Positions 27,462 through 40,407 are shown, counted from the first letter of the stretch. The stretch: DNA of 64,000 nt from Octopus vulgaris (GCA_951406725.2 OX597823.1:11780001-11844000); one strand, 5' to 3'. The notes: generated by a model not told the origin, from the letters alone. Program-made: numbers and translations.

Positions 27462-27545
27462 TTTTTGCTAGCAACGGGAAACTCAGAGTAACAGGTTTTG
27501 TTGAATTTTCTGCTGCTTTAAATAAAGTATATATATATATATATA

Positions 27546-28970
27546 CAGTTGCGGCCCAAATGTTCAGAATGGCATTGTTTTCGTCAGAAAAGTAGATATA
27601 ATTTTTTATCAAAGTAGTTTTATATTCTATAATTTTCACAGACAATAAATACGATATTATTTGTTATTGCCTGAGATTTTGGTGTAATTTGAGAGGATAA
27701 TACAAAAGTTATGGATGATTTAGTGATTTACTGTAAAACCCATGGCGGCCAAAATGATCAGAACGGTTGCTTTTACTCCGTGTTTTAGTATATTTAACCG
27801 GCGAACTCTAATGTTTTGAATTTGTTTACGTGACGGTTCGTTTACTAAACATTAGTAAGAATATTTGCAGTGTACTTTGTTAATATAATGCCACTTACTC
27901 CGTCACCAATTCGTCAGCAGATTATTAAGCTTCGAAGGAAAGATAATTTAAGTATTGGATCTATTGCAAAGATTGTTAACAAGTCAAAAAGTGTTGTACA
28001 CGGTATTCTTAAGGTCTACGATGATTGTGGTTCGTGTGAAGCAAGAAAGTTTACAGGCAGGCCAAGGAAAACGACCAAGAGAAAAGATCGTGCTATGGTA
28101 AAGTTGGTTAAAAAGGACAGAATTAAAACTGCTGCTGTTGTTTCTCGGAAAATGAGCATTGTATTGAGGAAAACTTTATCTCGAAAAACTGTGTCTCGTC
28201 GTTTAGTTGAACATGATCTACAAGCAAGAGCACCTGCAGTGAAGCCACTGATCAGCTCCAAGAATAAAAAGTGTCGTCTTACCTTTGCAACCGAACATGT
28301 GTTGTGGTCTCAAGAAAAATGGCAAACGGTGCATTTCAGTGATGAATCTAAGTTTATGTTATTTGGCTCAGATGGGAAAAGGTACGTTCGTCGAAAAGTA
28401 GGTGAAAAATTGTCGCCCAAATGCCTTAAGACTAGTGTTAAATTCGGTGGAGGAAGTGTCATGGTTTGGGGGATGATATCTGGAGATGGTGTGGGCTCTT
28501 TGGTGCGATTACATGGAAAGGTAAATGCAGGAGTTTATTAACAACTTGTAAAAGATCATGTCTTGCCTGTGCTGAGAAATTCAACTAAGCGACCACCCAT
28601 ATTCATGCAGGACAATGCCCCATGTCACAAGGCTAAGGTGGTCATGAACTTCCTCAAGGCTGAAAAGGTTATTGTTATGGATTGGCCAGCTCAAAGCCCA
28701 GATCTCAATCCTATTGAAAATGTATGGAATATTCTAGGAGAATGTTCGAAAGCCAGAAATCCTAAAACAACTGAGCAATTATGGAATGCCCTTCAGGAAA
28801 AATGGAATAAGATCACCCAGCAAGAAATTGAAAATTTAATTTCCTCATGCAGTCGAAGATGTCAGAGTGTGATTGAAGCTAAAGGGCTTCACACTAAATA
28901 TTAAATAATTCCAGTATTCTCTGTCATTTTTGATTATTTTGTTATTTTTTAATTTGTAAACATTCAATGA

Positions 28971-28974
<4 letters not shown>
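27546..28974 (+). mobile_element. Tc1 (DD34E) transposon, right TIR lost
   Basis: TA|CAGTTGCGGCCCAAATGTTCAGAA left end, inner direct repeat GCGGCCAAAATGATCAGAA at ~27745. Runs into (TA)n about 70 bp after the stop codon. Confidence 0.9.
27888..28904 (+). pseudogene. Tc1 transposase, 338 codons, one in-frame stop at 28539-28541
   Basis: ORFs 27870-28541 and 28563-28904 share one frame. GRPRKT, FSDESKF, VMVWG, FMQDNAPCH, WPAQSPDLNPIENVW. 34 residues between the second D and the E. Confidence 0.95.
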
Positions 28975-29016
<42 letters not shown>

Positions 29017-29340
29017 GTGTAATGAGATAAAAAAAACCCAAGGCTGTATAGATATTAGAGCGTTTATAGATAGAAGGTCTTACAGCTGTTCCTAGAATAT
29101 TAATCAATAAATGATTAATACACACGCTGACATAGAACCAATGTTGAACCCTTTATTCGCAATATTACCGAACCTGGAACTTAACTATGGTCTATCTATA
29201 GCACTTATTCAGCATTACCTGACGCCTTTGGGTCTCAATGACACCATTACCTCTTATATATATATATCTCATATATTACCACTTTTTTACTGCACGCATT
29301 TTTTTTCTCTCCTTCTTTCTGTGTTTTTTTTCTCTGTGTA

Positions 29341-29378
29341 TCTTTCTGTTGAAGAGCGTAGGCTCGAAACGTTAAAGA
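29341..29378 (+). ncRNA. Minimal type I hammerhead-like motif with core variant CUGUUGA
   Basis: TCTTT-CTGTTGA-A-GAGC-GTAG-GCTC-GAAA-CGTT-AAAGA: stem I 5 bp, stem II 4 bp, ACGT palindromic stem III. Confidence 0.65.
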
Positions 29379-29475
29379 CTTGTTTTATTTATATTTCCTG
29401 AGCGCCATACTAATACAATTGTTTGTTTGTTTTCCACCTGCCTTCGTCTTTTGTCTATTTTCATAAAGCTTCCCG

Positions 29476-29522
<47 letters not shown>

Positions 29523-30016
29523 CAACTAATGAGGGTGAGAGAATTAGATACTAATTTAATAGTATATCCATTTAACACCAAGTGGCTTAGTGCATAAAAA
29601 CCCGGAATTCAATAAATTTTATATATAAATATAAGAGAGTAACCACTATGTGGTCGACTCTAGCACTAAAAATAGATCCGCTAGGTTTCAGCCACAAAGA
29701 ATTGTTTCCGATGAAAGTTAGCACGACTACTAGCGCAAACGATATATATATATATATATATATAAACGTAGAGTAGATGAAGCCATAGCGACTGAAGAAG
29801 GGTTTTTTTCTTTGTGTTAATTGTCCTGTACTCCATTTTTTTGTTGTTTTTAAAAAAAATATCCACTTCCTTTGGTTTGTGTCTATGTTTTCGTTTCTCT
29901 TTGTGTTCGACGTCCCTTTGGTGTCCTGTACTCATATATGCGTGTATATGTACATGTAGAGGTAGGTACGTACATATATGTTTATATATATATGCATATG
30001 TTTTTTGTTTCATTTA

Positions 30017-30070
<54 letters not shown>

Positions 30071-30892
30071 TATATACATGTATGTATGTATGTTTGTAAG
30101 TATCAATATACATGCGCACACAAACATACTGACATAATATCATTCAGAATAAAATAAATGAGATCTAATTGAAACGTGACCCTTCTGAGGAGCAACAACA
30201 GTGAAACGCTTTCAGTGGATTAGAACTTATAATTTGAAGTTTATTTCTTAAAACAACAAAATTTAGTTGTATATTATTTTCTTTATTTTGCCATCTGTCA
30301 ACAGAGAAAATAGATTTCGACGTGTCTTGGTATTTTAAAACCTCAGGAATGCAGTGTTTTGTGATTTGAAAATATAGCTTAAATATATATTTCAAGCATA
30401 GCTTCGGTTTACATTAACATGTTTTCGAAAAATTTATATCGGTAAGTCAATAAGACGTTTATGTTGTAGAAATGTTATGAAAACTGCTCATTACTACTTT
30501 TATGTTATCATGTCAACGGGATAATTTATGTCGTTATGTTATATATATATGAAAGATAGATGGTTGAGATACTAAGAAAATTCAGTTAAACGAATTCATA
30601 TTTACAGGCGGTAATTCTGTTGGGATTTGATTGAGGTAGAGGTTAACTGCTGTCAATGGAACGAAATAATACCCAATACATGATTTGCTGCGAGAAGAAA
30701 AGAAAAAAAAGACATCAGAAGCAACGATAAACTTGCTTATATCGAGCGAGTTACAGCAAATGAGTCAGAGAAAGAGAAGAGATTCAGTCACCCTGATAGA
30801 TCATTAATCTCTCATCGGTCAAAACAACATACGTGACAAGAGTGAATTATAGTCCTATATACATTATCTACTCGCTGCTATTTAAGCTAATA

Positions 30893-31271
30893 TTGGGTTG
30901 TCCGAAAAGTTCGTGCCGATTTACAGTAGCTTACCTTTTGACTTATTTTAGAACATGGTTGAGTCCATAAAATAGGATTTGACTACACCTCCATTTAGAG
31001 CACAGTTTATATTCTTATAACCTGTGTTAATTCTGTAACCCTTTAAAATAGAAGATAAGAAAGTTCATTTTCGGCACTTGGTGCTTTGGGAATCAGACAA
31101 AAATTGCTGCAGCTCGGCTGGGATGTGTTACCCCACCCTCCATATTCACCAGATATTGCTCCTTCGGATTTCCATTTTTTCAGGTCTCTGCAGAATAGTC
31201 TTAATGGTAAAAATTTCAATTCCTTGGATGATGTAAAAAGATACATTGATGAATTCTTTGCCATGAAATCA
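30893..31271 (+). mobile_element. Internally deleted mariner relic, truncated by a SINE
   Basis: TA|TTGGGTTGTCCGAAAAGTTCGTGCCGAT left TIR. EDKKVHFRHLVLWE joined to IRQKLLQLGWDVLPHPPYSPDIAPSDFHFFRSLQN. Confidence 0.9.
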
Positions 31272-31607
31272 CGAAAGGATGAAAGGCAAAGTCGACCTCG
31301 GCGGAACTTGAACTCAGAACATAAAGACAGACGAAATACAGCTAAGCATTTCGCCCGGCGTGCTAACGTTTCTTATTTCTTTACTGCTCACAAGGGGCTA
31401 AACACAGAGAGGACAAACAAGGACAGACAAACGGATTAAGTCGATTATATCAACCCCAGTGCGTAACTGGTACTTATTTAATCGACCTCGAAAGGATGAA
31501 AGACAAATTCGACCACGGCGGAATTTGAACTTAGAACATAGCGGCAGGCGAAATACCGCTGAGCATTTCGTCCGGCGTTCTAACGTTTCTGCCAGCTCGC
31601 CGCCTTG
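31272..31607 (-). mobile_element. Family B SINE dimer
   Basis: Two head-to-tail units with the junction GAAATAA|GAAACGTTAGC at ~31372. Confidence 0.88.
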
Positions 31608-32899
31608 AAACAAAGGAAATGTTGGCGGAATTCTGCTTTATGCATGACATATGACTCTTCATAACTTTTTTATGTTTTGGAAATTTCAGAAGATTTTTGC
31701 ATATTCGTATTCAACACACGGCAATTCATACGATTATACCAAAAAAAAAAAGAAAAATGTTGGTGCTTGATTTAAGACCTATTTAGCTTTTATTTTTAGC
31801 ATATTTCACAACCACGATTTAATAAGCTAAAAATGACTGCGTGAGTAAAATAGCTTGGGAACAGTTTGGCTTGCTACTATGGAAACAAAAACGAATGTGT
31901 TTGTGACTTATGATTGGCTAAAATTACCCCAAATTTGCAATCTTTGGAAGCTATTAACTCTTTATTTATTGATTTTGGGCGAAAATGTATTTCATGTAAA
32001 AGATTGGCATACAAAACTACATCATTACACCTAATATGGAATCAACTGGAACAGAAATTGAAGAAATTAGAAAGTGGCAGTCAAACAGAAAAACCCAAAG
32101 ACGGGACAGCCTCTGACTGGACAGCCTCTGATCATACCTCAGTTTGCTCGATCAGAGCTGGTCTATGATTAAACACCATAAATGCGGATAAAGATGCCTT
32201 AAACATCTCAACATCGCAAATCAATTGTCAAATGCATTTGATTGGTGTAGTGGACCAATATAAAAATGACCAAGTCGACTTTGTTTTTCATCTTTTCTGG
32301 TTTCGATTGAATAAATATCAGTTGAAGTTAATTGTGTCGAAACCATCGGCTGTTTTCTCCCCATTCTAAAATATGTGATCTTGTGTATTAAGTATTGTTT
32401 CCTTTAACAACCACAAAGACACAATCACTTCACGTATCAACAAAACAACGGTGAACACTCACTCTTAAATATGAACAACACGCAGCTAGAATCCTCAAAA
32501 TCGCATTACAGGTTATGTTTATTTATCTCTAGATCAGCCCTGATCGTTCAGACAACCAGGCTGTGACTATTCCGTCTTTTTCTCTATGTACAAGGAAACA
32601 AGCATCATATTATCCAAGGTGACCGTTTACAAGACGGCGAGCTGTGATTCGAGGAGATTTGGCTTTTCCCTCTAGCCGATTGAGAAATCGCGTAGAAGCT
32701 CCTTTGTTGGTTCAACCATCACTAAGGATCTTTCCTGACGACTAAACATCGCCGATACAGTAAGGCCTGAATCACAAAGGCTCTGGTCAATCTTTTCAGA
32801 ACTAGAAAATAAACAACTAATAATCCTTTGCAATACTCAAGCGAATCTCACAAAGGGTTCTGCTTTCACATGCCAGACAATACTACTGCTACAGATTTA

Positions 32900-33220
32900 T
32901 ACAACTCAGACCACTTACCCCCGGAAGACCACTTGATTGATGGGCATGAAGTCATTCACCGAAACACTCCAAACTTTTACCCATCATGTGCTGTCTCTTC
33001 CCACTGTCCCTTCCACCACTACTATAATGGTCTCTGCTTTTCGGAGCCAGCTGGTGTCGAAGCATATCCATTAAGGTCCTCACAACTCTTCTCTCCACCT
33101 CTCATCACCCACAACGTGTCCATTCCATTTGGCCTCGCAACAAGTACTTCATCCCATCCTTCCTTCTGAAACCATCTCTTTGTAATTCTCTCTCTGGTCA
33201 CATTTTCTCAGCATCCATCA
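32900..33220 (+). mobile_element. Degenerate 3' fragment of a CR1/Jockey-like LINE ORF2
   Basis: Frameshifted reading SFTETLQTFTH / CAVSSHCPFHHYYNGLCFSEPA resembles the post-RT L..RR.VASL..FY+YY.G.C..EL motif. Confidence 0.65.
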
Positions 33221-33594
33221 AAGAAGGATATCGAACAAATAGATATCGTCTGCTTCAGAGGATTTGCAAAGGCAATGGATACCTTCTCTTTGGAAGACCA
33301 AATCATTTAAAACAAAGGAACAGTGATTGGCACAATCTGTACAACTTCGGGCAAAATGTGATATTTACTTATAACCTTTTTACGGTTTAGTGTTGAAACC
33401 CAGCCACGAATGATTCCCAGGGTCGATATAATAAAGTACAGGTGACGATAACAGCAACTGTTCCTTTCCTGCCTTTAAATATGAGATCTTCTATCTATGT
33501 ATAAAGGTAATAATACAGACTCTCTTTAAGTTTGGGAGATGACAAAACAATGAGAGCAACTTTCTCTAGCCTCCTCCTCCTCCCCCTCCTCCTC

Positions 33595-33625
<31 letters not shown>

Positions 33626-34188
33626 TTCTTCTTCTTCTTCTTCTTCTTTTTTCTTCACAGCTTTATTACTTCTTCACTTTATTTTATGGCTTCTTTCTTT
33701 TCCACCTTTCTTTTCTTTTCTTTCTTCCTGCCCCATCCCCCTTCTCTCTCCTCCCCTACCGATACAATTTGAAACTGCTAATGTTGTTTGTTATTCAATT
33801 ACTGAATTGAGTTCATTAATTCATTTTGGATGTTCAGTTGCTGTGTTGATTTTCTCTTTTCTGTTTTATATTATGTTTATTCTTTAATAAACCCCATCTG
33901 GCTGGAAAATGGAGATTTTCAGTGGTTCAGTTGTTTCCGTAGTATTACCGTCTGGCAGTTCTAGAAAAATGCTACAACCATACAAAGACTCCTTTAATCG
34001 TGGAATAGTATCTTCTTTACAGCTTCCTTTATTTCATTTATAACTAAATATTAATTTCATTAATAATAATTTCATAAAATTTCAACTATTGACTTCATAA
34101 TATTCTTTTCTACTCTAGGCACAAAGCCCTAATTTTTTAGGGAGGGATCCAGTCAATTAGATCGACCCAGTACGCAACTGGTACTTAC

Positions 34189-34495
34189 AAAAACCTCAAA
34201 AACTGGACTACACCTGAAGAAGGTTATGCTTCCAATTTGATGGCATTGGAAGCTATCGTCTTTTACGAGCTTCTTCCCACAGACAGGAACATCAATTCGG
34301 ACTTTACTGTGACCATTTGGGCAAATTAAACGTTGCGTTCCACCGGAAGCGTCCAGCACTTGCTAACCGTAAGAGCATTGTCTTTCATCATGACAATACC
34401 AGACCGATCACTTCTTAGCAGCCGCGGAAGTGGTTACCCGGGGCTTGGTTGGGAAGTTTTGCCATAGCCTCCATATTCATCCTTGAGATTACCAT
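34189..34495 (+). mobile_element. Degenerate mariner transposase fragment
   Basis: KTGLHLKKVML..., IVFYELLP, RKRPALANRKSIVFHHDNTRP and LGWEVLP*PPYS across frameshifts. Confidence 0.85.
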
Positions 34496-34840
34496 CTAGA
34501 AGAGCTTTTCTTTGAGTAGGGAATAATAGCCCAGACCGAACCGGTAATTTTTTCGTTGAGTGAAGAAAAGACAAATCGTTTTTTGTTTAAAACTTGTCTA
34601 ATTTGACAACTAGTTGTCGCTGTTGTAGTTATTTACTAGCAGTAGCTGTTGTTGATGCTATTCTTATTTATTAGCTATTGCTCTTATTGCTTATGTTGTA
34701 TAGTGTCTTGCTATGTTGTTGTTGTTACTGAAGCTGTTTAGTAACAGTTGTCAAAACCTCAAAAGAGCCAATACCATCTTGAAAAGGTAGGTACAACAAG
34801 AATACACCTCAACAAGTTCAAACTGAGAAACTAGATACTC

Positions 34841-35566
34841 GGTCAGACACCACAGGTGAGCTACCGTAGTTTCACGTGAGCGGCCTGTAAATCGACCAAT
34901 TAGCGTGAAGCTATGGCGTAATATGGCTTTCTCGAATGTTCTAAAATCTGACTTCTTATCCGGTCAGACACCACGGGTGAGCTACCGCAGTTTCACGTGA
35001 GCGGCCTGTAAATCGACCAATTAGCGTGAAGCTATGGCGTAATATGGCTTTCTCGAATGTTCTAAAATCTGACTTCTTATCCGGTCAGACACCACGGGTG
35101 AGCTACCGCAGTTTCACGTGAGCGGCCTGTAAATCGACCAATTAGCGTGAGGCTATGGCGTAATATGGCTTTCTCGAATGTTCTAAAATCTGACTTCTTA
35201 TCCGGTCAGACACCACGGGTGAGCTACCGCAGTTTCACGTGAGCGGCCTGTAAATCGACCAATTAGCGTGAAGCTATGGCGTAATATGGCTTTCTCGAAT
35301 GTTCTAAAATCTGACTTCTTATCCGGTCAGACACCACGGGTGAGCTACCGCAGTTTCACGTGAGCGGCCTGTAAATCGACCAATTAGCGTGAAGCTATGG
35401 CGTAATATGGCTTTCTCGAATGTTCTAAAATCTGACTTCTTATCCGGTCAGACACCACGGGTGAGCTACCGCAGTTTCACGTGAGCGGCCTGTAAATCGA
35501 CCAATTAGCGTGAGGCTATGGCGTAATATGGCTTTCTCGAATGTTCTAAAATCTTACTTCTTATCC
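34841..35566. repeat. Tandem array of 6 x 121 bp
   Basis: Units start at 34841, 34962, 35083, 35204, 35325 and 35446 (GGTCAGACACCAC...CTTCTTATCC) and are near-identical. Confidence 0.97.
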
Positions 35567-36937
35567 CCAATAAAAAAACCGTATTTGGCGCTAAACTCGT
35601 CGTAGAATGCTGCAGGCGGCTGACTGATTCATGAACCTCCTCTCTTGCCATGCAAATGGCCATACAAACTACTGACGTCACAGATCACTTCGATCTGCAC
35701 AGGTGATTTCGTGTAGTTTTTGACTGATCGCATGATGCCAGCACAACTTTCTGTACTTCCAGAGCAATTTTCTCTCTATCCCATTTAGCAATTATTAATA
35801 TAGTTCCATGTAAATAGCCAACACCAAATATCATTATGTCCAGCAATAAATACCGAGCGATGCATTCATGAGTTTGCTTCAGTTATTATTCTCGCAGCCA
35901 GCAACGACAACCACATGTGCGCCACATGATGTTAATGAAGCCATCCATTTCGCCAATGGCGGCGCATATTTCTGGAGTATATTTCCATTGATCGGATTCA
36001 ACAAAAGCGTCAAGCAGCCCATCGCGACACCTTCAATCAGAAAGATTACATTATGGACAAACAAGACATCATTGAAAAGGCTGAAGTAATTAACAAGACA
36101 GCGATTACAGAATAGGAGATGTCAAATTCTAAATAGACATGCAAAAGAAGGAAGCTATTCCATTGAAAGAAGAAACCAAACTGGATCGTCGAAAGTCTAA
36201 TCTATTGATTCCAAGCTCATTTAAACAGCACACTATCAGAACAATAGACCAAAAGTTACGATGTTGAAACTTTACATAACAATGAGTGAAAGCTCTCTTG
36301 GAAATCAGTGGTGAAACAATATGAAAATTGCAAATCAATTCCGAAAACTACAAAATATGATAAAGAAACAAAACATAATAAAAACTATTAAAAAAAACAA
36401 CCCAAATAGCGTCAGGATAGAAGGAGCAGAATTATATAAAGAGGGGACACTAGAGAATAGGAATTTAAATTTAGTGAAGACGAAATAAAGATTAAAACCG
36501 AAATGAAAACATTAAGAATACATGGAACTCATAGGGAATGCTGATTATGGTTGTAGAGTGAGCAATGGTGTTCTAATAGCTACGTTCCAGTTAACAACTA
36601 TTTTGCCAAAGGGAAGCTACGACAAACTACAATTTCTAGGCATTACCTCATTCAAATTAGAACGCGTAAACTGCTGAACAGAAATAAATCACCAGGGTAG
36701 ATCGATATAAGAAAAACGTACAATACGGAAATAAATACTAGAGTTGATCTGATTGACCAAAAACCTTGAAGGTGGTGTTTCAGCAGGGCTGAAAACGAAC
36801 GTCTGATACCAGTAAGACAATAAGAGAATAACCTCGGTTTTTTTTCCCAGTAGCGTGTATTTGCATTATATGATGTGTTTTTTCTAATTTTAAGGCGTTA
36901 GTGTATGATTATCTTTCTTGAATCCTTTCTATTTATA

Positions 36938-37167
36938 TATTTCTTTACTGCCCTCAAGGGGCTAAACATAGAGGGGACAAACAAGGACAGACGAAGGGAT
37001 TGAGTCGATTATATCGCCCCCAGTGCGAAACTGGTACTTTATTTATCGACCCCGAAAGGATGAAAGGCAAAGTTGACCTCGGCGGAATTTGAACTCAGAA
37101 CGTAACGACAGACGAAATACCGCTAAGCATTTCACCCGGCGCGCTAACGTGTCTGCCAGCTCGCCTT
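36938..37167 (-). mobile_element. Family B SINE
   Basis: Reverse complement of the consensus. Confidence 0.88.
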
Positions 37168-37462
37168 CCTATTTATAATCTGCTTGGACTAATCAGACTA
37201 TCACAGTTAATGAACTCAGTTTCACACGAAAAAAAAAAAAATCCCACTTCTTCTTGTTCCTCAGTCGCAACAATAATAGACACAGATCACGCTGATAATA
37301 CTGTTCTGTTCACAGATATATCTCAGGGCTATTATTCTTCTACATGACCTTGAAAAAGCAGCACGATATATTGGTCTGTATTGCTATGATTCAATAACTT
37401 AATACATCTGCTATAACAGCGATGAGTCATTAAGAATAGTCAAGCAAAATCCCTAAATGAAG

Positions 37463-37887
37463 TTACTCTCTTTTACTCTTTTACTTGTTTCAGTCATTTG
37501 ATTGCGGCCATGCTGGAGCACCGCCTTTAGTCGAGCAAATCGACCCCAGGACTTATTCTTTGTAAGCCTAGTACTTATTGTCTCGGTCTCTTTTGCCGAA
37601 CCGCTAAGTTACTGGGACATAAACACGCCAGTATCGGTTGTCAAGCGTTGTTGTTGGGGGGGGGGAACACAGACACAGACACAGACACACACACACATAC
37701 ATATATATATATACATATACATATATACGACGGGCTTCTTTCAGTTTCCGTCTACCAAATCCACTCACAAGGCTTTGGTTGGCCCGAGGCTATAGGAGAC
37801 ACTTGCCCAAGGTGCTACGCAGTGGGACTGAACCCGGAACCATGTGGTTGGTAAGCAAGCTACTTACCACACAGCCACTTCTGCGCC
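37463..37887 (-). mobile_element. Family A SINE
   Basis: Reverse complement of the consensus with an internal microsatellite. Confidence 0.9.
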
Positions 37888-37989
37888 TAGTTGTAGACTT
37901 CTGTGTGTATTTAGGAAGTAACAATGTATTTAAAGAAAAGAATGTAAAATTGGTCGTCTTCTCTGTTGAATGATCTTTTGAAAAGCCTT

Positions 37990-38420
37990 TTTTTGCACTG
38001 TGGATTCATTGCTATTGTACACATCCACTGTATGGACACTAACCAAACAGCCGGAGGTAAGGCTTGGTGGTGCTTTATATCCGCAAATTACGGGCCGTTA
38101 TAAATATCTAGAGATGAAAACATCTGACCAAACAAAGATTGGCATCTTCACGCAATCACGGATGTCGTTGGAAAGAGGCAGATGCATTTTGTCGAACCCT
38201 GTTGGAGAGCTAAGCCAGAGCTCATTAGTGATCCATTCTTATGGACACCTCAACACAGATTTACATGGGCTGGTCGCCCAGCAATGACTTTCGTCAACCA
38301 ACTCTGTACAGACTTGAGATGTTGTCTTATTGGCCCTCATTACAATATGTTGGACCATTTTAGGTGGTATCTTCTAGTTGGAGAAATCCAAGCAAACAAG
38401 GCCAGATAATGACGATGAGG
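37990..38420 (+). mobile_element. Degenerate 3' fragment of an RTE-group LINE
   Basis: VDSLLLYTSTVWTLTKQPEVRLGG (cf. ES.LLYG.E.WTLT) and CWRAKPELISDPFLWTPQH...GRPAMTFVNQL...MLDHFRW (cf. GH..R...GRP..T+.D...M.DR..W), followed by a short (GAT)-like tail. Confidence 0.8.
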
Positions 38421-38722
38421 GTGTGATATTAGGAAGGCTTATCTGCCATTCCTATTAACTTCAGCGGGTACATCGAGGCACCATTCTCGGATCGTACGTA
38501 TTAGTGCATTGCAGTGCAATAATTTAGATAGTGTAATACTCCATAATATATTTTGAAGTGTCCTCTAAGGTGGTGCAGCCAGTGGTGTAGCAAGGATTCT
38601 CAACGTTAGGGTGTAGACACACTTTTAGCACATTCACCTTAATTAATAAATATGATGAACCTGAGGAAATTTTGCACCTCTCCTCACCTATGTTCTATGT
38701 CAACTGTCTTCATACCGCCATT

Positions 38723-39093
38723 CATAGGAGCACTCCGTCGGTTACGACGACGAGGGTCCCAGCTGATACGATCAACGGAACAGCTTGCTCGTGGAATTAA
38801 CGTGCAAGTAGCTGAGCATTCTGCAGACACGTGTACCCTTAACGTAGTTCTCAAGGAGATTCAGCGTGACACAGAGTGTGACAAGGCTGGCCCTTTGAAA
38901 TACAGGTACAACAGAAACAGGAAGAAAGAGTGAGAGAAAGTTGTGGTGAAAGAGTACAGCAGGGTTCACCACTGAGCCTCGTGAAGCTTTAGGTGTTTTC
39001 GCTCAATAAACACTCGCAATGCCCGGTCTGGGAATCGAAACCGCGATCCTACGACCGCGAGCCTGCTGCCCTAACCACTGGGCCATTGCGCCT
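38723..39093 (-). mobile_element. Family C SINE (main tail) with 12-bp TSD
   Basis: CATACCGCCATT at 38711-38722 and CATACTGCCATT at 39094-39105. Confidence 0.9.
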
Positions 39094-39506
39094 CATACTG
39101 CCATTAACTAACTTCTGAATTTAGTAGCTATATGTACCTGTCTGACAGAAATAGACGTTTCTAATCAGCTGACATTGTTATTGTTGTTTACTGTCAGGTC
39201 AACATTAATTGAGAAAAACTATGTTTAAAGACGTTCCTCTTATGACCATCTCGCTTTTTTTGCATATCAAGGACTGCATTAGCCAATGTAGTTTTATTTT
39301 AAAGACGGTAGTTGAGTGATTTCATGAATACTAAGCCGTTATTTTTAGCAGATAACGAAGAGGCTTCTTCATTAATTCATGATGTTGATGCTATTGCTGT
39401 TGCTGTTATTTTCGATCTCTGGAGATTTTCTTTAGAAATTGTGTAAGTCAACGTTTATAAAAACTGGTGGCAAAATATGCAGATTTCTTCTGCCATGTTT
39501 GACGTG

Positions 39507-39622
39507 TTAACACACACATATGCGCGCGCATACACACACACACACACACATATGTCTGCGTATGGTTTTGTGTGCGTGTGTGTGTCTATGCTTGTACATA
39601 TACAACATATATACATATACAT

Positions 39623-39691
<69 letters not shown>

Positions 39692-39735
39692 CACAGCTCG
39701 TAAGCTGAAACTAGATAAAATAAAAAAAATAAATA

Positions 39736-39768
<33 letters not shown>

Positions 39769-39850
39769 GCATATGTGCATGTATATACATATATATGTAT
39801 TTATGAATATATATATATATACACATATATATATATTTATATATATACAT

Positions 39851-39941
<91 letters not shown>

Positions 39942-40015
39942 TATATATGTATGTGTATATACATATATATATGTGTGTGTGTGGGTGTATGTACATACTC
40001 ATGTACACACATACA
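39507..40015. repeat. (TA)n/(CA)n compound microsatellite
   Basis: Read directly. Confidence 0.9.
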
Positions 40016-40407
40016 TGCTCGGAGGCACATACATATTGTGTAGGATATATTCAGAGTGAAGTGATTATCTAAACTGATTGAACACGGCATGTAAAGTGAT
40101 TTAAAAGCATCTATATTAAATATTTAGAGAATACGTGTTGCAAGAATATTTTAATGGAACTGCTTAAAAAATATTTAGAATAAATAGAAAACACATCTGT
40201 ATCTTCATTATATAATATTTTCCTAACTGTATAAGAATTCCTTCCTCTTCTCAATAAGCTAAATTCAAAGTAAGCTGTCATATTTATTGCAGATCGGCTT
40301 GGTTAGAAGAACGTGAACACCTCTAGTTGTGTTTATATTGGTATTTGGGGCTTCGTCGAAGATCAAACCTGATCGAACAGACTAATGATCAAAAGTGTTG
40401 ATCATAA

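Noticed and set aside
34841-35566. 121-bp array as 5S rDNA, CRISPR array or hammerhead repeat
   Set aside because: No 5S box A/C or terminal stem, no unique spacers, and the minus strand has GAAA-CTGCGG-TA but no CUGANGA core.
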